Shown piece after piece: positions 15,191 through 25,100 of a stretch of DNA of 30,058 bases. The notes beneath the pieces were generated by a model that was not told the origin of the DNA, did not search any database, and was given only the letters and a program-made list of their open reading frames with translations. This DNA comes from a virus (Duplodnaviria > Caudoviricetes): positions 1 through 30,058 of IMG/VR virus record IMGVR_UViG_3300049485_000020. The stretch is one strand, 5' to 3'. Both the position numbers and the translations under genes were made by a program. How positions within the stretch are numbered: position 1 is the stretch's first letter; the number at the start of each line of letters is the position of its first letter.

Positions 15191-15486
15191 GTAAATTTCG
15201 TGTAGGTACTTGGAGTGTCATTTGTGATGTTTGTGGCTTCCGGTTCCAAAACACGGAAGTTATGAAGCGTTGGGATGGTCTTATGGTTTGTGAAAAGGAC
15301 TATGAAACAAAACATCCACAACTCACAATTCGAATTAAACCTGAACGACTTGTTCCTAATTTTGTACGTCCTTTTGGCACAGATACTTTTGTGGAGGTTT
15401 GTACTGAAATTGGGAGACAAGCTGTACCAAGCTATGCTGTAGCTGGTTGTGTAACTGCTGGTTATGTTTCTAGGGCTACTTTTTAA
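15187..15486 (+). CDS. Small Cys-motif protein of the head-tail module
   Basis: ICDVCGFRF...RWDGLMVCEKDYETKHPQ; ATGA overlap. Confidence 0.75.
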   Translation: MSKFRVGTWSVICDVCGFRFQNTEVMKRWDGLMVCEKDYETKHPQLTIRIKPERLVPNFVRPFGTDTFVEVCTEIGRQAVPSYAVAGCVTAGYVSRATF

Positions 15487-15495
15487 GGAGATTTT

Positions 15496-16221
15496 ATGGC
15501 TACTTCAGGAAGTACACTTTGGCAGCTAACCCGTAATGAGCTTATTGCTGCGGCTATTCGTAAACTTGCTCGTTATGATAAAAATGCTACACCTGATAGT
15601 GTAGACTATACTAATGGTGCTGAGGCTCTTAATGCTGTTATAGCAGAGCTACAAGCTATAGGTATGCCTTTATGGGCCCGTAATGAATACACTTTTTCAC
15701 TCACTGCTGGACAAGCTACCTATACAATTGGTGTTGGTCAGGCTCTGAATACACCATTTCCTCTTAAGGTTTCTCAAGCTGTATTGTTAGACACGGCAGA
15801 TGATACACGCCTAGATATGCATATTGGGAGCATTTATGAGTATAACAGATATCCTTCTATTAATACTAGCGGTAGTCCTGTACACTTTTTTTATCAGCCT
15901 AAAATCAATCTGGGAGAAATTAAAATTTGGCCTACACCAGATACAACAGCGGCTTCTAGAAAAACCATTAAAATTGTATACCAACGTCCGTTTGAAGATT
16001 TTACAGCTTCTGGGGAAACTTTAGATTTTCCAAAAGAATGGCATCAGACTATTATTTATAAACTTGCTGCTGCACTAGCTCCTGAGTTTGCTGTACCATT
16101 GCAAGATAGGCAACTACTTATGCAAGAGGCAATGCAGCATCAAACAACTGCTGAGAGCTTTGGGAATGATGAGACATCAATATATTTTAGTCCTGAGCGC
16201 TTTGGGCATTGGAGAAGCTAA
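15496..16221 (+). CDS. Head-to-tail adaptor/connector
   Basis: MATSG start, IKIWPTPD, LDFPKEWHQTIIYKLAAALAPEF typical of podovirus adaptors; AAGGAG SD. Confidence 0.75.
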   Translation: MATSGSTLWQLTRNELIAAAIRKLARYDKNATPDSVDYTNGAEALNAVIAELQAIGMPLWARNEYTFSLTAGQATYTIGVGQALNTPFPLKVSQAVLLDTADDTRLDMHIGSIYEYNRYPSINTSGSPVHFFYQPKINLGEIKIWPTPDTTAASRKTIKIVYQRPFEDFTASGETLDFPKEWHQTIIYKLAAALAPEFAVPLQDRQLLMQEAMQHQTTAESFGNDETSIYFSPERFGHWRS

Positions 16222-17693
16222 TGGCCTATTCAAAAACCCCAGTAGAGAGCACGTATAAAACAAAGATGTTCCCTTTGTTTAAAGAGCTAAATTCACGTGG
16301 TGTATTTTCTGCTGATAACAAAGACAACAACTACGTTAATGTGTTTCCAAACTTCATCAAGAACAAAGTAACACAGGAAAACTTTATTGATGTTTTAAAG
16401 CGTGCTGGAAATAGTCAAATTATTGCTGCTACAGGTACAGGCTCACAACGTGGTTTATACCATTGGGAGGAACAGGAACGATTATTTATTGCTATTGACG
16501 ATGATGTTTATGTTTACAACTCTCAAACAATGGCCTTAGTAACAACATTTACATCTTTGTTTACCTCTGGGTCTACTGAGGTTGGATTTGAAGCATTTCT
16601 ATATGATACAGGTACTGTTAAAATAGTTATTACAGACGGTACAAAGATGGTAACTATAGACAGTGCTATGACTCTTGTCACAGGTGCCGATGCTGATATG
16701 CCTGTGCACTTACCTTATCCAGTTTTCTTAAACGGATACATTTATGTGATTGCAGTTAATTCAGCAGATATCTATAATAGTGATCTAAACGATCCTCTTG
16801 CATGGACTCCTGGTAATTTTATCACAGCGGAAATTTTAGCAGATAGAGCTGTTTATCTAACACGGTTAAACAACTATATACTTGCTGCTGGTACACGTTC
16901 TATGGAGTATTTTTGGGATGCCGCTAATGATAGTGGTAGCCCTCTACAACGTAATGACACTCCGGTTAAGCTCGCTGGCCTATTGGGCGGACTTACACGT
17001 GTAGGTAATAAAATATACTTTGTAGGTAACCAAAACGGAGCACTACCGGATGTATTTATGGTAGAAGAAATGAAACTTACATCGGTAGGTAATGAAGCTG
17101 TTAGGGAACACCTTGCATCTTTAAGTGTAGATTTTGACACAATATTACGAGCAAATATTGTATCTATGTATGGTAGAGAGTTTTATGTATTGTATACAGG
17201 TTCACGAACTTGGGTAATGGAACTTGAAACACAGCTTTGGCATCGGTGGGTATATGGTAATAACCAATATACTTTTCCTATGAAATATGCTACAAATGTA
17301 ATTACAGGTACAACTAGTAAAACAGTATTTACTTACGAAGGTGACAGGGCTGTTTATAAGTTTGATGAAAGTTTATATCAAGATGCAGGTACAAACTTTA
17401 CCTGTATTATTGTTACAGACAAAGAAAACTTTGAGACACATGTTGAAAAGACAATGGGCAGGGCAATATTACTATGTGATAGGCCAACTACTGCTAGCAC
17501 AGTGGACATTAGTTGGACTGATGATGACTACCAAAGTTTCTCAACAAGTAGGTATCTAGATATAAATTCTAAAAAACCTGTAATAACCCAACTCGGAGCT
17601 TTCAATGAGAGAGCATTTAAAATTAAATATACAGACAATTTACCTTTTAGAGTATCTGCTTTAGAAGTAAATATTAATATTGGGAGCGCTTAA
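16221..17693 (+). CDS. Tail hub / packaged-DNA stabilization protein (P22 gp10-like)
   Basis: About 490 aa beta-propeller-like; IYNSDLNDP..W and ISWTDDDYQSFS...LGAFNERAFKI motifs; follows the adaptor. Confidence 0.75.
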   Translation: MAYSKTPVESTYKTKMFPLFKELNSRGVFSADNKDNNYVNVFPNFIKNKVTQENFIDVLKRAGNSQIIAATGTGSQRGLYHWEEQERLFIAIDDDVYVYNSQTMALVTTFTSLFTSGSTEVGFEAFLYDTGTVKIVITDGTKMVTIDSAMTLVTGADADMPVHLPYPVFLNGYIYVIAVNSADIYNSDLNDPLAWTPGNFITAEILADRAVYLTRLNNYILAAGTRSMEYFWDAANDSGSPLQRNDTPVKLAGLLGGLTRVGNKIYFVGNQNGALPDVFMVEEMKLTSVGNEAVREHLASLSVDFDTILRANIVSMYGREFYVLYTGSRTWVMELETQLWHRWVYGNNQYTFPMKYATNVITGTTSKTVFTYEGDRAVYKFDESLYQDAGTNFTCIIVTDKENFETHVEKTMGRAILLCDRPTTASTVDISWTDDDYQSFSTSRYLDINSKKPVITQLGAFNERAFKIKYTDNLPFRVSALEVNINIGSA

Positions 17694-19282
17694 TGGCAGA
17701 TACAACTTTTGTAGATTATATCACAGCCGTACCTGCTGCTTGGTTTCAGGATGTTAATGACTGGGTATATCGAAATTTCTTTAACGAGGTTTCTCCTCGT
17801 TATTATATGACATCTGCCCAGCGTGCTGACGTAGATGCTTTAACTTATTCACTAGATCACACAGCAGCAATGCAAAGTGCCTTTGATAGTGGTAAGAAAA
17901 TCAGGCTCTGTAATGGACTTAGGTTTAGTACTGTAAACATTACTACCCGTGGACAAGAAGCACGTGGTGAAGGCATGGGTAAAACGGATATTCAAATCAT
18001 TGCTGGTGGTAAAGGGTTTAATATTCAGGCACGAAATGTCACTATATCTGATTTTCGTATGTTGCCACCTAGTTATGTCAATGGTACACAAAGCACTACT
18101 GTAGCTGATTGTATTACAATTCAAGAGGCCAGCGCGGATGCCAACTATGTGGAAGGTGTAAAGATTGAGCGGGTGATGTGCGAGAGTATCAAGGGATGTG
18201 CTATCCGTATGATTTCTCCTTTACGTGAAAGTCATATCCGTGAATGCCGATTTAAAGCCATGGGTAACACTAGTACTGGGGATGGGGTTATTCATAGTAA
18301 ACAGCCAAGTAACTCTGATCGTAGCCCTAACTATCTATGGATTGAAAACAACCTATTTTACCAGTTTGAGACACCAGCTATTAATTTTGACATTGATACT
18401 AGCAGTGCTTCAGTAGCTGGACGTAGCAATTTGCCTTTCTTTGGTATTTGGATTCGTAATAATGTTTTCCATGGGCAACTACTCACAGAACCTAGCACTC
18501 CCCCATATGTCCGTGCAGGTACTACAAACCAAGTATATATTAAAGGCTGTGAAAACCTTAAATGTGATGGAAATGAGTTTACTGCTTCTCATCCAAACTA
18601 CTATGGTCTTCGTGTTGATAGTCTTAGCTCACCTGTATTTCAGATTAATACTAACATCTCTGTTACTAATAACCACTTCAGCTACAACGATTTAAGTATT
18701 GCAACACCGTCTGGTGGATATGTTAGAGTTACAGATAGTATCAATCTGGTTGTTGGTAATAACCAATGTGCTGCTGGATATTTCAATACAGGTACTGGAT
18801 ACGATTTTGATGCACGCAGTTCTGGAATCTTTGCTAGTGAGCTTATGTCACAGTTTCTGAACAACAGCAGTTATAATCAGTATGTGGTGAGCTACAACTA
18901 CCCAGCTACTGGAAGTAGTACTACTGTGATATCTCCAGAAGCATTCCAGCTTATTACAAACACACCTCTGATTCAGATGAGGCAGAAAGCGGCTTCAACT
19001 GCAAGAGGTGATATAAAGGTAGATGGTGCTGGAACTATGCAGTTCTTTGCCGATCCTGTAGCTGGCTCTAGTGGAAGTAAGTTTGAGTTTTATGTAGATG
19101 GGACTGGTGCGTCTCAGCGAGCAATGACAATTGATACTTTTTTGCAAATCTCAGACTTGCGTTATTTAGTTATGACGGCAGTAGCCGCAGGGACTGCTGG
19201 AAACAACACAATATTTCGTAATAGTGCGGACAACAAGTTGTACTATAAAGATAATGGTGGTACTTCTAATGCTCTATACTAA
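17693..19282 (+). CDS. Tailspike with pectin-lyase-like beta-helix
   Basis: N-terminal anchor, DHTAAMQSAFD motif, repeated I/V-x-N-N-x-F beta-helix turns. Confidence 0.8.
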   Translation: MADTTFVDYITAVPAAWFQDVNDWVYRNFFNEVSPRYYMTSAQRADVDALTYSLDHTAAMQSAFDSGKKIRLCNGLRFSTVNITTRGQEARGEGMGKTDIQIIAGGKGFNIQARNVTISDFRMLPPSYVNGTQSTTVADCITIQEASADANYVEGVKIERVMCESIKGCAIRMISPLRESHIRECRFKAMGNTSTGDGVIHSKQPSNSDRSPNYLWIENNLFYQFETPAINFDIDTSSASVAGRSNLPFFGIWIRNNVFHGQLLTEPSTPPYVRAGTTNQVYIKGCENLKCDGNEFTASHPNYYGLRVDSLSSPVFQINTNISVTNNHFSYNDLSIATPSGGYVRVTDSINLVVGNNQCAAGYFNTGTGYDFDARSSGIFASELMSQFLNNSSYNQYVVSYNYPATGSSTTVISPEAFQLITNTPLIQMRQKAASTARGDIKVDGAGTMQFFADPVAGSSGSKFEFYVDGTGASQRAMTIDTFLQISDLRYLVMTAVAAGTAGNNTIFRNSADNKLYYKDNGGTSNALY

Positions 19283-19284
19283 CT

Positions 19285-19590
19285 ATGACCTTTAAACTAC
19301 CACCAGCCCCTACGGGCGTACCTCCTGGACATGCTTTTTGGAATGACTGGTATGAGAAACTTAGAACACTTGTTGCTTTAACTGCCGCCATTGACTGGAC
19401 AATAGTTACAAACACTCCAACCACACTTGCTGGATACGGCGTAACAAAAGTAGACGTGCCTGGAGATATTATCTCTGATGATTCTACTAAAGGACTTGTT
19501 TTACAGAGTCCTAATGCTCACTATTGGAGAGCAACTATTAGTAATGCTGGTGTAGTCACCTGGACAGATTTAGGAACAACTAAGCCTTAG
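19285..19590 (+). CDS. Small tail-associated protein
   Basis: TPTTLAGYGVT fibre-type motif; context. Confidence 0.6.
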   Translation: MTFKLPPAPTGVPPGHAFWNDWYEKLRTLVALTAAIDWTIVTNTPTTLAGYGVTKVDVPGDIISDDSTKGLVLQSPNAHYWRATISNAGVVTWTDLGTTKP

Positions 19591-19602
19591 TAAAGGAATA
19601 TT

Positions 19603-21147
19603 ATGGCAAACGAAACAGACTACACCAAACTTGCAGAACTAGGCGTTCTCGGAGGTTTAGGTGCGTACAATGCAAATAAAGCTAGGCAGGATGCTAATAC
19701 TCAGATCAATGACATTAGGTCTTCTCAAGCTCAGTTTGGTCCTGACAGCCCATATGCTCAACAACTACGTCAACAATTAGAGCGCAGAGATGCTCAAAAA
19801 GGCCGTAGAAGTCAATATGGCCCACGTGAAGTAGAGCTCCAAGCAAAACTTGCTGAAGTTAATGCTAGACAACAAGCACAGAATGCACCTACTCTCAATA
19901 CTCTGTATCAACAGAAGCAGGGAGCAAGAACAAGCACAGGTAGGGATGTTGCATCAATTATAGCAAGAAGTGGTGGACTTAGTAAGCTGTCGCCTTTTGT
20001 TCAAGGATTATTTAAGAAACGAGATTTAGGTGATAATAGAGATGCTGGACAAGCAGATGGATATAACTACAGCCCAAATACTTCACAGCCTGGGATAAGC
20101 GTAGATAATAACTATGACAGCTATGATTTTGGTGGGCAGCAAGATTTAGGTTACAATCCATCCACCTATGACAGCTATGACTTTAGTGGTGCTTCAGATA
20201 GTGGTGTAGACTACTCCTCAGCATTTGATACCTCATATGCAAACGACTACTCTGCAGGTTTAAGCGATACAGATTATAGTAGTGTCTTTGCTCCTGGTTA
20301 TGCTGAAGGAGGTAAAGTAAATATTTTTGAGGCTTTAAGCCCAAAGTATCAAGCACAACTTAAACAAAATGAATCTCCATATAGGGCACCCAACCAAAAT
20401 AGTCCTAAGTTACAGGAGAGTATTTTTAAAAAACGTGAGCAAGAGGAACCATCAGACACTCAGACGGCTGCTAACACGGCCCGCACCTTTAATGGCATAT
20501 CTACTACTGCAGGTATGGGTGATTTTCTAGGTCCAGGTGGGTCAATGGTAGCTGCTCTAGCAGGATCTGCAGATAACCAAGACGCCTATGTAAACAGTGC
20601 CTTGTCTTCCGGCATTAGTATGGCAGTTCCTTTATTAGGAGTTGCTAATGTAATGGGTAATTTACTTTTGGATGTTACAGGAAGAAACGAAGGAGATCCT
20701 AGACGAGTAGTAGATACCTTGTACGAGAGAGGAGCAAACAATCGTGGAGGTATTGCTGGACGTGATCGTGTAGTGAGGGGTACTCTAGGTGGTATGGGAA
20801 TGACTGATGAGGCTATTGATAAATATATGCAGTTTAGGGAACAAAACCCAGATAGTAGGATGTTTAGCCCTCCTACTGCTGAAGCCACACCTACTGAAAC
20901 AGAACCCGGACAGCCAACTATGCCAGCAGCTACTAATGATTATGCTACTGGTGGACATGTACAAGGACCGGGTACAGGAACTAGTGATAGTATATTAGCT
21001 CGGTTGTCTGATGGTGAGTATGTTAACACGGCTAAAACAGTAGATAGCTTAGGTACTTCTTTATTTGATAAACTTGAAGCTAAAGCCAAAAGGTCTACAC
21101 CAGAAGAACTAAAGAAATTTAAAGCTGGGCTACAGGCCTTATTTTAA
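19603..21147 (+). CDS. Internal virion/DNA ejection protein
   Basis: Q/A/G-rich, D/S/Y low-complexity tract, YAEGG and YATGG..GPGTGTSDSI.ARLSDGEYV motifs. Confidence 0.65.
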   Translation: MANETDYTKLAELGVLGGLGAYNANKARQDANTQINDIRSSQAQFGPDSPYAQQLRQQLERRDAQKGRRSQYGPREVELQAKLAEVNARQQAQNAPTLNTLYQQKQGARTSTGRDVASIIARSGGLSKLSPFVQGLFKKRDLGDNRDAGQADGYNYSPNTSQPGISVDNNYDSYDFGGQQDLGYNPSTYDSYDFSGASDSGVDYSSAFDTSYANDYSAGLSDTDYSSVFAPGYAEGGKVNIFEALSPKYQAQLKQNESPYRAPNQNSPKLQESIFKKREQEEPSDTQTAANTARTFNGISTTAGMGDFLGPGGSMVAALAGSADNQDAYVNSALSSGISMAVPLLGVANVMGNLLLDVTGRNEGDPRRVVDTLYERGANNRGGIAGRDRVVRGTLGGMGMTDEAIDKYMQFREQNPDSRMFSPPTAEATPTETEPGQPTMPAATNDYATGGHVQGPGTGTSDSILARLSDGEYVNTAKTVDSLGTSLFDKLEAKAKRSTPEELKKFKAGLQALF

Positions 21148-21155
21148 GGAATATT

Positions 21156-22160
21156 ATGGCACAAGTTAATGTACAATATCCAGCTCTAAATCAGCTATTT
21201 GGGGCTCAGAGTGTTATGCCTGCATACTACGGCACACAGCAGATGATGGCTGCAGAAGAAAATGAGAAGATTAACCAACAACAAGCATTACAAGATATGC
21301 TGTTTAAGTCTCAAGATCAGCCTTTAGATCTTCAACAAAAACAAGCAAACATTGACCAGAGTGCGGCAATGCTCCCTGGCTATCAGGCAGATGCTTTCCT
21401 GAAGAAACGTACTGCTGATGTTCGTGCTGGTACCTCTATTCAACAAGAGATTGAAACTGCTGCTAAACATCTGTATAATGATTTTAAGGCAGAAGACATT
21501 AAGATGTTCGATACTGAAACGGATATGATGTTGAGGTCTCGTGATCCTAGGGAGGTAGAGCAAGGTAAACAAAGGTCCATGCTTTCTCGTGCCATTGTAC
21601 AAGAACAAGCTAAGGCTGCTGCTCTTGCGGATAGGGAGAAAGAAAAGCTGAGGATGATGGGGGAGAACAGCCTTGCGGTTGCTCGTGAAAACAACGCAGG
21701 ACGTATGGCTGCTGCGGGTGCCAGGATGCAGGCACCCAAGGGACTGGCAGATAAAATTAAAGGAATGTCTCCGGACAAGGCAGCAGAATTGTACAATGCC
21801 TTAGCTATTGAGGCAGCAGATTCAGGTAACATAGAGCGCGCTAATTTCTACCAGCAAGAAGCTCAGCGTGCTGCTCTGACACATCAAGCAAACCTTAAAC
21901 TACGGGCTGAGGCAGCTAAGGAGGGTAAGTTTGACCTTGGTGCTGCTGGTGTAGAGGTTGTTCCTAGAGCACCCCTACCTGGTATGGTATCAGGCACTCC
22001 AATGGGACAAAACAACCCAATTGCAGCTAGTCCAAACAACAGTGCCTCACCTGAAGCTAAGGCAGCAGCTACTTATAAACAGGCTTTTGGTAGTTATGAT
22101 CCAGATAAATATGACTATCGGATTAGCCCCGACGGTAAACCACAAAGGAAACCTAAATAA
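21156..22160 (+). CDS. Internal virion/DNA ejection protein
   Basis: Q/A-rich helical protein in the ejection-gene position; AAGGA SD. Confidence 0.6.
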   Translation: MAQVNVQYPALNQLFGAQSVMPAYYGTQQMMAAEENEKINQQQALQDMLFKSQDQPLDLQQKQANIDQSAAMLPGYQADAFLKKRTADVRAGTSIQQEIETAAKHLYNDFKAEDIKMFDTETDMMLRSRDPREVEQGKQRSMLSRAIVQEQAKAAALADREKEKLRMMGENSLAVARENNAGRMAAAGARMQAPKGLADKIKGMSPDKAAELYNALAIEAADSGNIERANFYQQEAQRAALTHQANLKLRAEAAKEGKFDLGAAGVEVVPRAPLPGMVSGTPMGQNNPIAASPNNSASPEAKAAATYKQAFGSYDPDKYDYRISPDGKPQRKPK

Positions 22161-25100
22161 TGAGTGATTCTTGGGAAGACGCAACAAACAATCAATGGGA
22201 AGATGCCCAGGGATGGGAGACCGCTGGTCCCAAGACAACTTTGTGGGAAGATGCTAAAATTGGTTTAGCTACTGCTGGTGGTGTACTTGACAAATATATG
22301 ACAGGTGGTCATTTGATGGCTGCCAATATGGTCGGTGCTGATGATTTGGGAGACAAGTTGTATGCTGCTTCTAAAGAGCGTACTCAAGCTATGCAACAAT
22401 GGGCTAACCCCGAGAACAAAGAACAGGGCTTTAGTGGTAAGGTTATATCAGCAATTCCCGGTATTGTTACATTTCCTTTCTCTCCTGCTGACACAGGTCA
22501 AACCATGATTGACAATGGAGAGACTCTGGATAAAGCTATATCTGGGGCTCTTTATGATACAACTGGTAATGTAGTTGGTGCTGCAATACCTATGGGTAAG
22601 GGGGCAAGCACCTTACTTAAAGGTGTACCTGCCTCAATGGCTAAGAAAGCTGTTGTACAAAGACTTGCAACTGGTGTTGCTGGAGCTGGTGTTAACGCGG
22701 CCCAGGACTTTGCAACTAGACTTGCTATTTCTGCTGAGGCAGATCAACAAGCCACCAAGGACATTTTCAAACCTACTCTGGAAACGACAGGTTTGGCTAT
22801 GGTTCCTGGTTTTACACTAGGAGTAATGGCTAAACCCAACTATCGCCCTAAGAGCACAGCAGACAGACTCAACAACCTAAAGCTCATTGCTGAAGCTGAG
22901 AAGGTTAAACAAGCAGATGTTGCTCCTGTTCGTGAGCCTATTGCTAATGAGATGCAACGTGAACTTCCATTTGTATCCGATGCGGAAACTATAGCTAAAG
23001 TACAGAACGAAGCTTCTCCACAAAGAGACTTGTTCATTGATACTCCTGAACAACGTAGTCTAGACCTTACCGCTAAAGAACAACCTGATGTAACAACAAA
23101 GCCGCAGGATAACAATGTCGATGTTACAGTACAAAGAGATGTTAACCCGGACGTGATAGCTAACAAGGCCGAGGTAGAGACTTCCTCTCCTAAAGTAGAG
23201 GTGCGGAAAACAGACACGGGCTTTGAGGCCTACATCGACGGTAAGAAGGTTGGCTATCTGAAAGACAATCTGCTAGAGGGACAAGCTAAACAAATCGGAG
23301 AGAATGCTAACATCGATATGGTGAAGGTTGATGACAGCGTTAAAGGCACTGGTGTTGGTAGGGCCTTGTATGAAGCTTTCTACAACAAGCACGAGGGGAT
23401 GGTAGCCCCGTCAGGTAAAACAACTCCAGATGCTTGGAAGCAATGGCAACGCAATTACCCCGAGAAGGTAACAGAGTTTGTTCAACAAGAGGCTATCCGT
23501 ATTCAAGAAGGAGCTAGTCGTGAATTGGTGTTGGGTAACATCACTGACCCGGTTGTGCGTACTCGTGTAGCAGTAGCAGCAGGAGAGAAGTTTGTACCTA
23601 AAGGCCAACGTGGTGGATTAAATTTCAAAGAAATTGCAGATGGGTTTGCTAAGCTGCTTGAGCCTCTCCGTACACGGGATGTAACACAAGTTTCACAAGA
23701 GCAAGTGCTTAACAACATCATCCAAAGAGAAAAGTCCACAAGCATCCAGCCTGATCCTCTTGCCTCTAGTGTGGTAGCTAAGGCCTTAGAAGGCCCTACA
23801 GGCGGTGCAAACAGGCAGTTTAGTGCTGGTGCTACCTTGGAAGCTTTAAAACGCAACAGCCCCCTTATAAAGGGAGTTGGTGAAATTGTTCAGAACTTCG
23901 GTAAGCGCAGTGAGAAGTGGGTACGTGAACATGTTTTCCCTGTTGAACGTGAGTTTCGTAAGATGTCAGACAACGATCTTGTCGAAATACATGCTACCAT
24001 AAAACAAGAGCTGGACAGCAATTTTAGATATACTCCAGATCATCTTGCTCAAGCTGGATTCAACGAAAAGCAAATTCGTTCACACCAAGCTATTCGTGAA
24101 CTATTCGACCAAATACTTACAAAACAAAACGAAGGTCGTGCTGCTCAGGGTAAAGAACCCATTACGGGAATGGAAGCCTACCATGCTGCACGATGGGATG
24201 GTGATTTTGGTGTAGAGCTTAAGAATGCTGCTGGTGAGGTTGTCTGGAAGGTGCGGGCTGATACACGCCTAGGTGCAGACCTACAAGCTAAAGCCTTGAT
24301 GAAGAAGGTAGATGGTCTTACCCTTGGTCGTAAGTTTGACAGACTCAATGCCCGTGGTGTAGAGACAAATGACCTGCAAAGTGCCTATACAACCCTCATA
24401 GATATCTTAGGTAGGGACAATCCCCTAGTAAAGCAAATACAAGAGGTTGTAGAAGCAGATGCTAGTACTACAGCAAATGCTGCTCTAGCAAACACACAGC
24501 ATTTTAAGAAGAAGACAGGGATGCGGGGATATGTTGGAGACAGGCCCTGGGTAAACCCTGTTAAGGATGCAAAGCAATTCTTTCAACAGCAAATTCAGTA
24601 TGCTAAGAATGCTTCCAAGTGGGCTGAGATCCAGAAGGCCATGCCCAATTTGAAAGAAATTCTTAGCAACGAACAACTCGTTGCTAAGCATCCTCAGCAA
24701 GTCAAATGGGCACAGGAATATGTACAGAATGCTCTAGGATTTGGTGAGAACCGGGCTGTTCGTATGGTAGAAAGTGAATTGGGTAAGGTATTTGGTGTTT
24801 CACCTAAAGCCGTTGGAGATGCAATCGGTGGTGTCAAGTATGTTTGGATTACGCAGAAGCTAATGGGAAGTATTGGTTACAACGCTGTGCAGGTTATTCA
24901 GCTTACCAACACTGCTGCTTGGCATAGCGATCTTTCTGCTAAGGGATATAGTCACAATCCTATTTCGACAGGTATTATGGGTCTCATTGGTGGTTTGCAG
25001 CTTGGTGCAGTGCATACAATTGATGGGGTTCGTGGTACTCTTGACACTGGTAAAATGGCTATGCTTCCTGCTCACATGAAAGCTGCCTTGGAATATGCTG

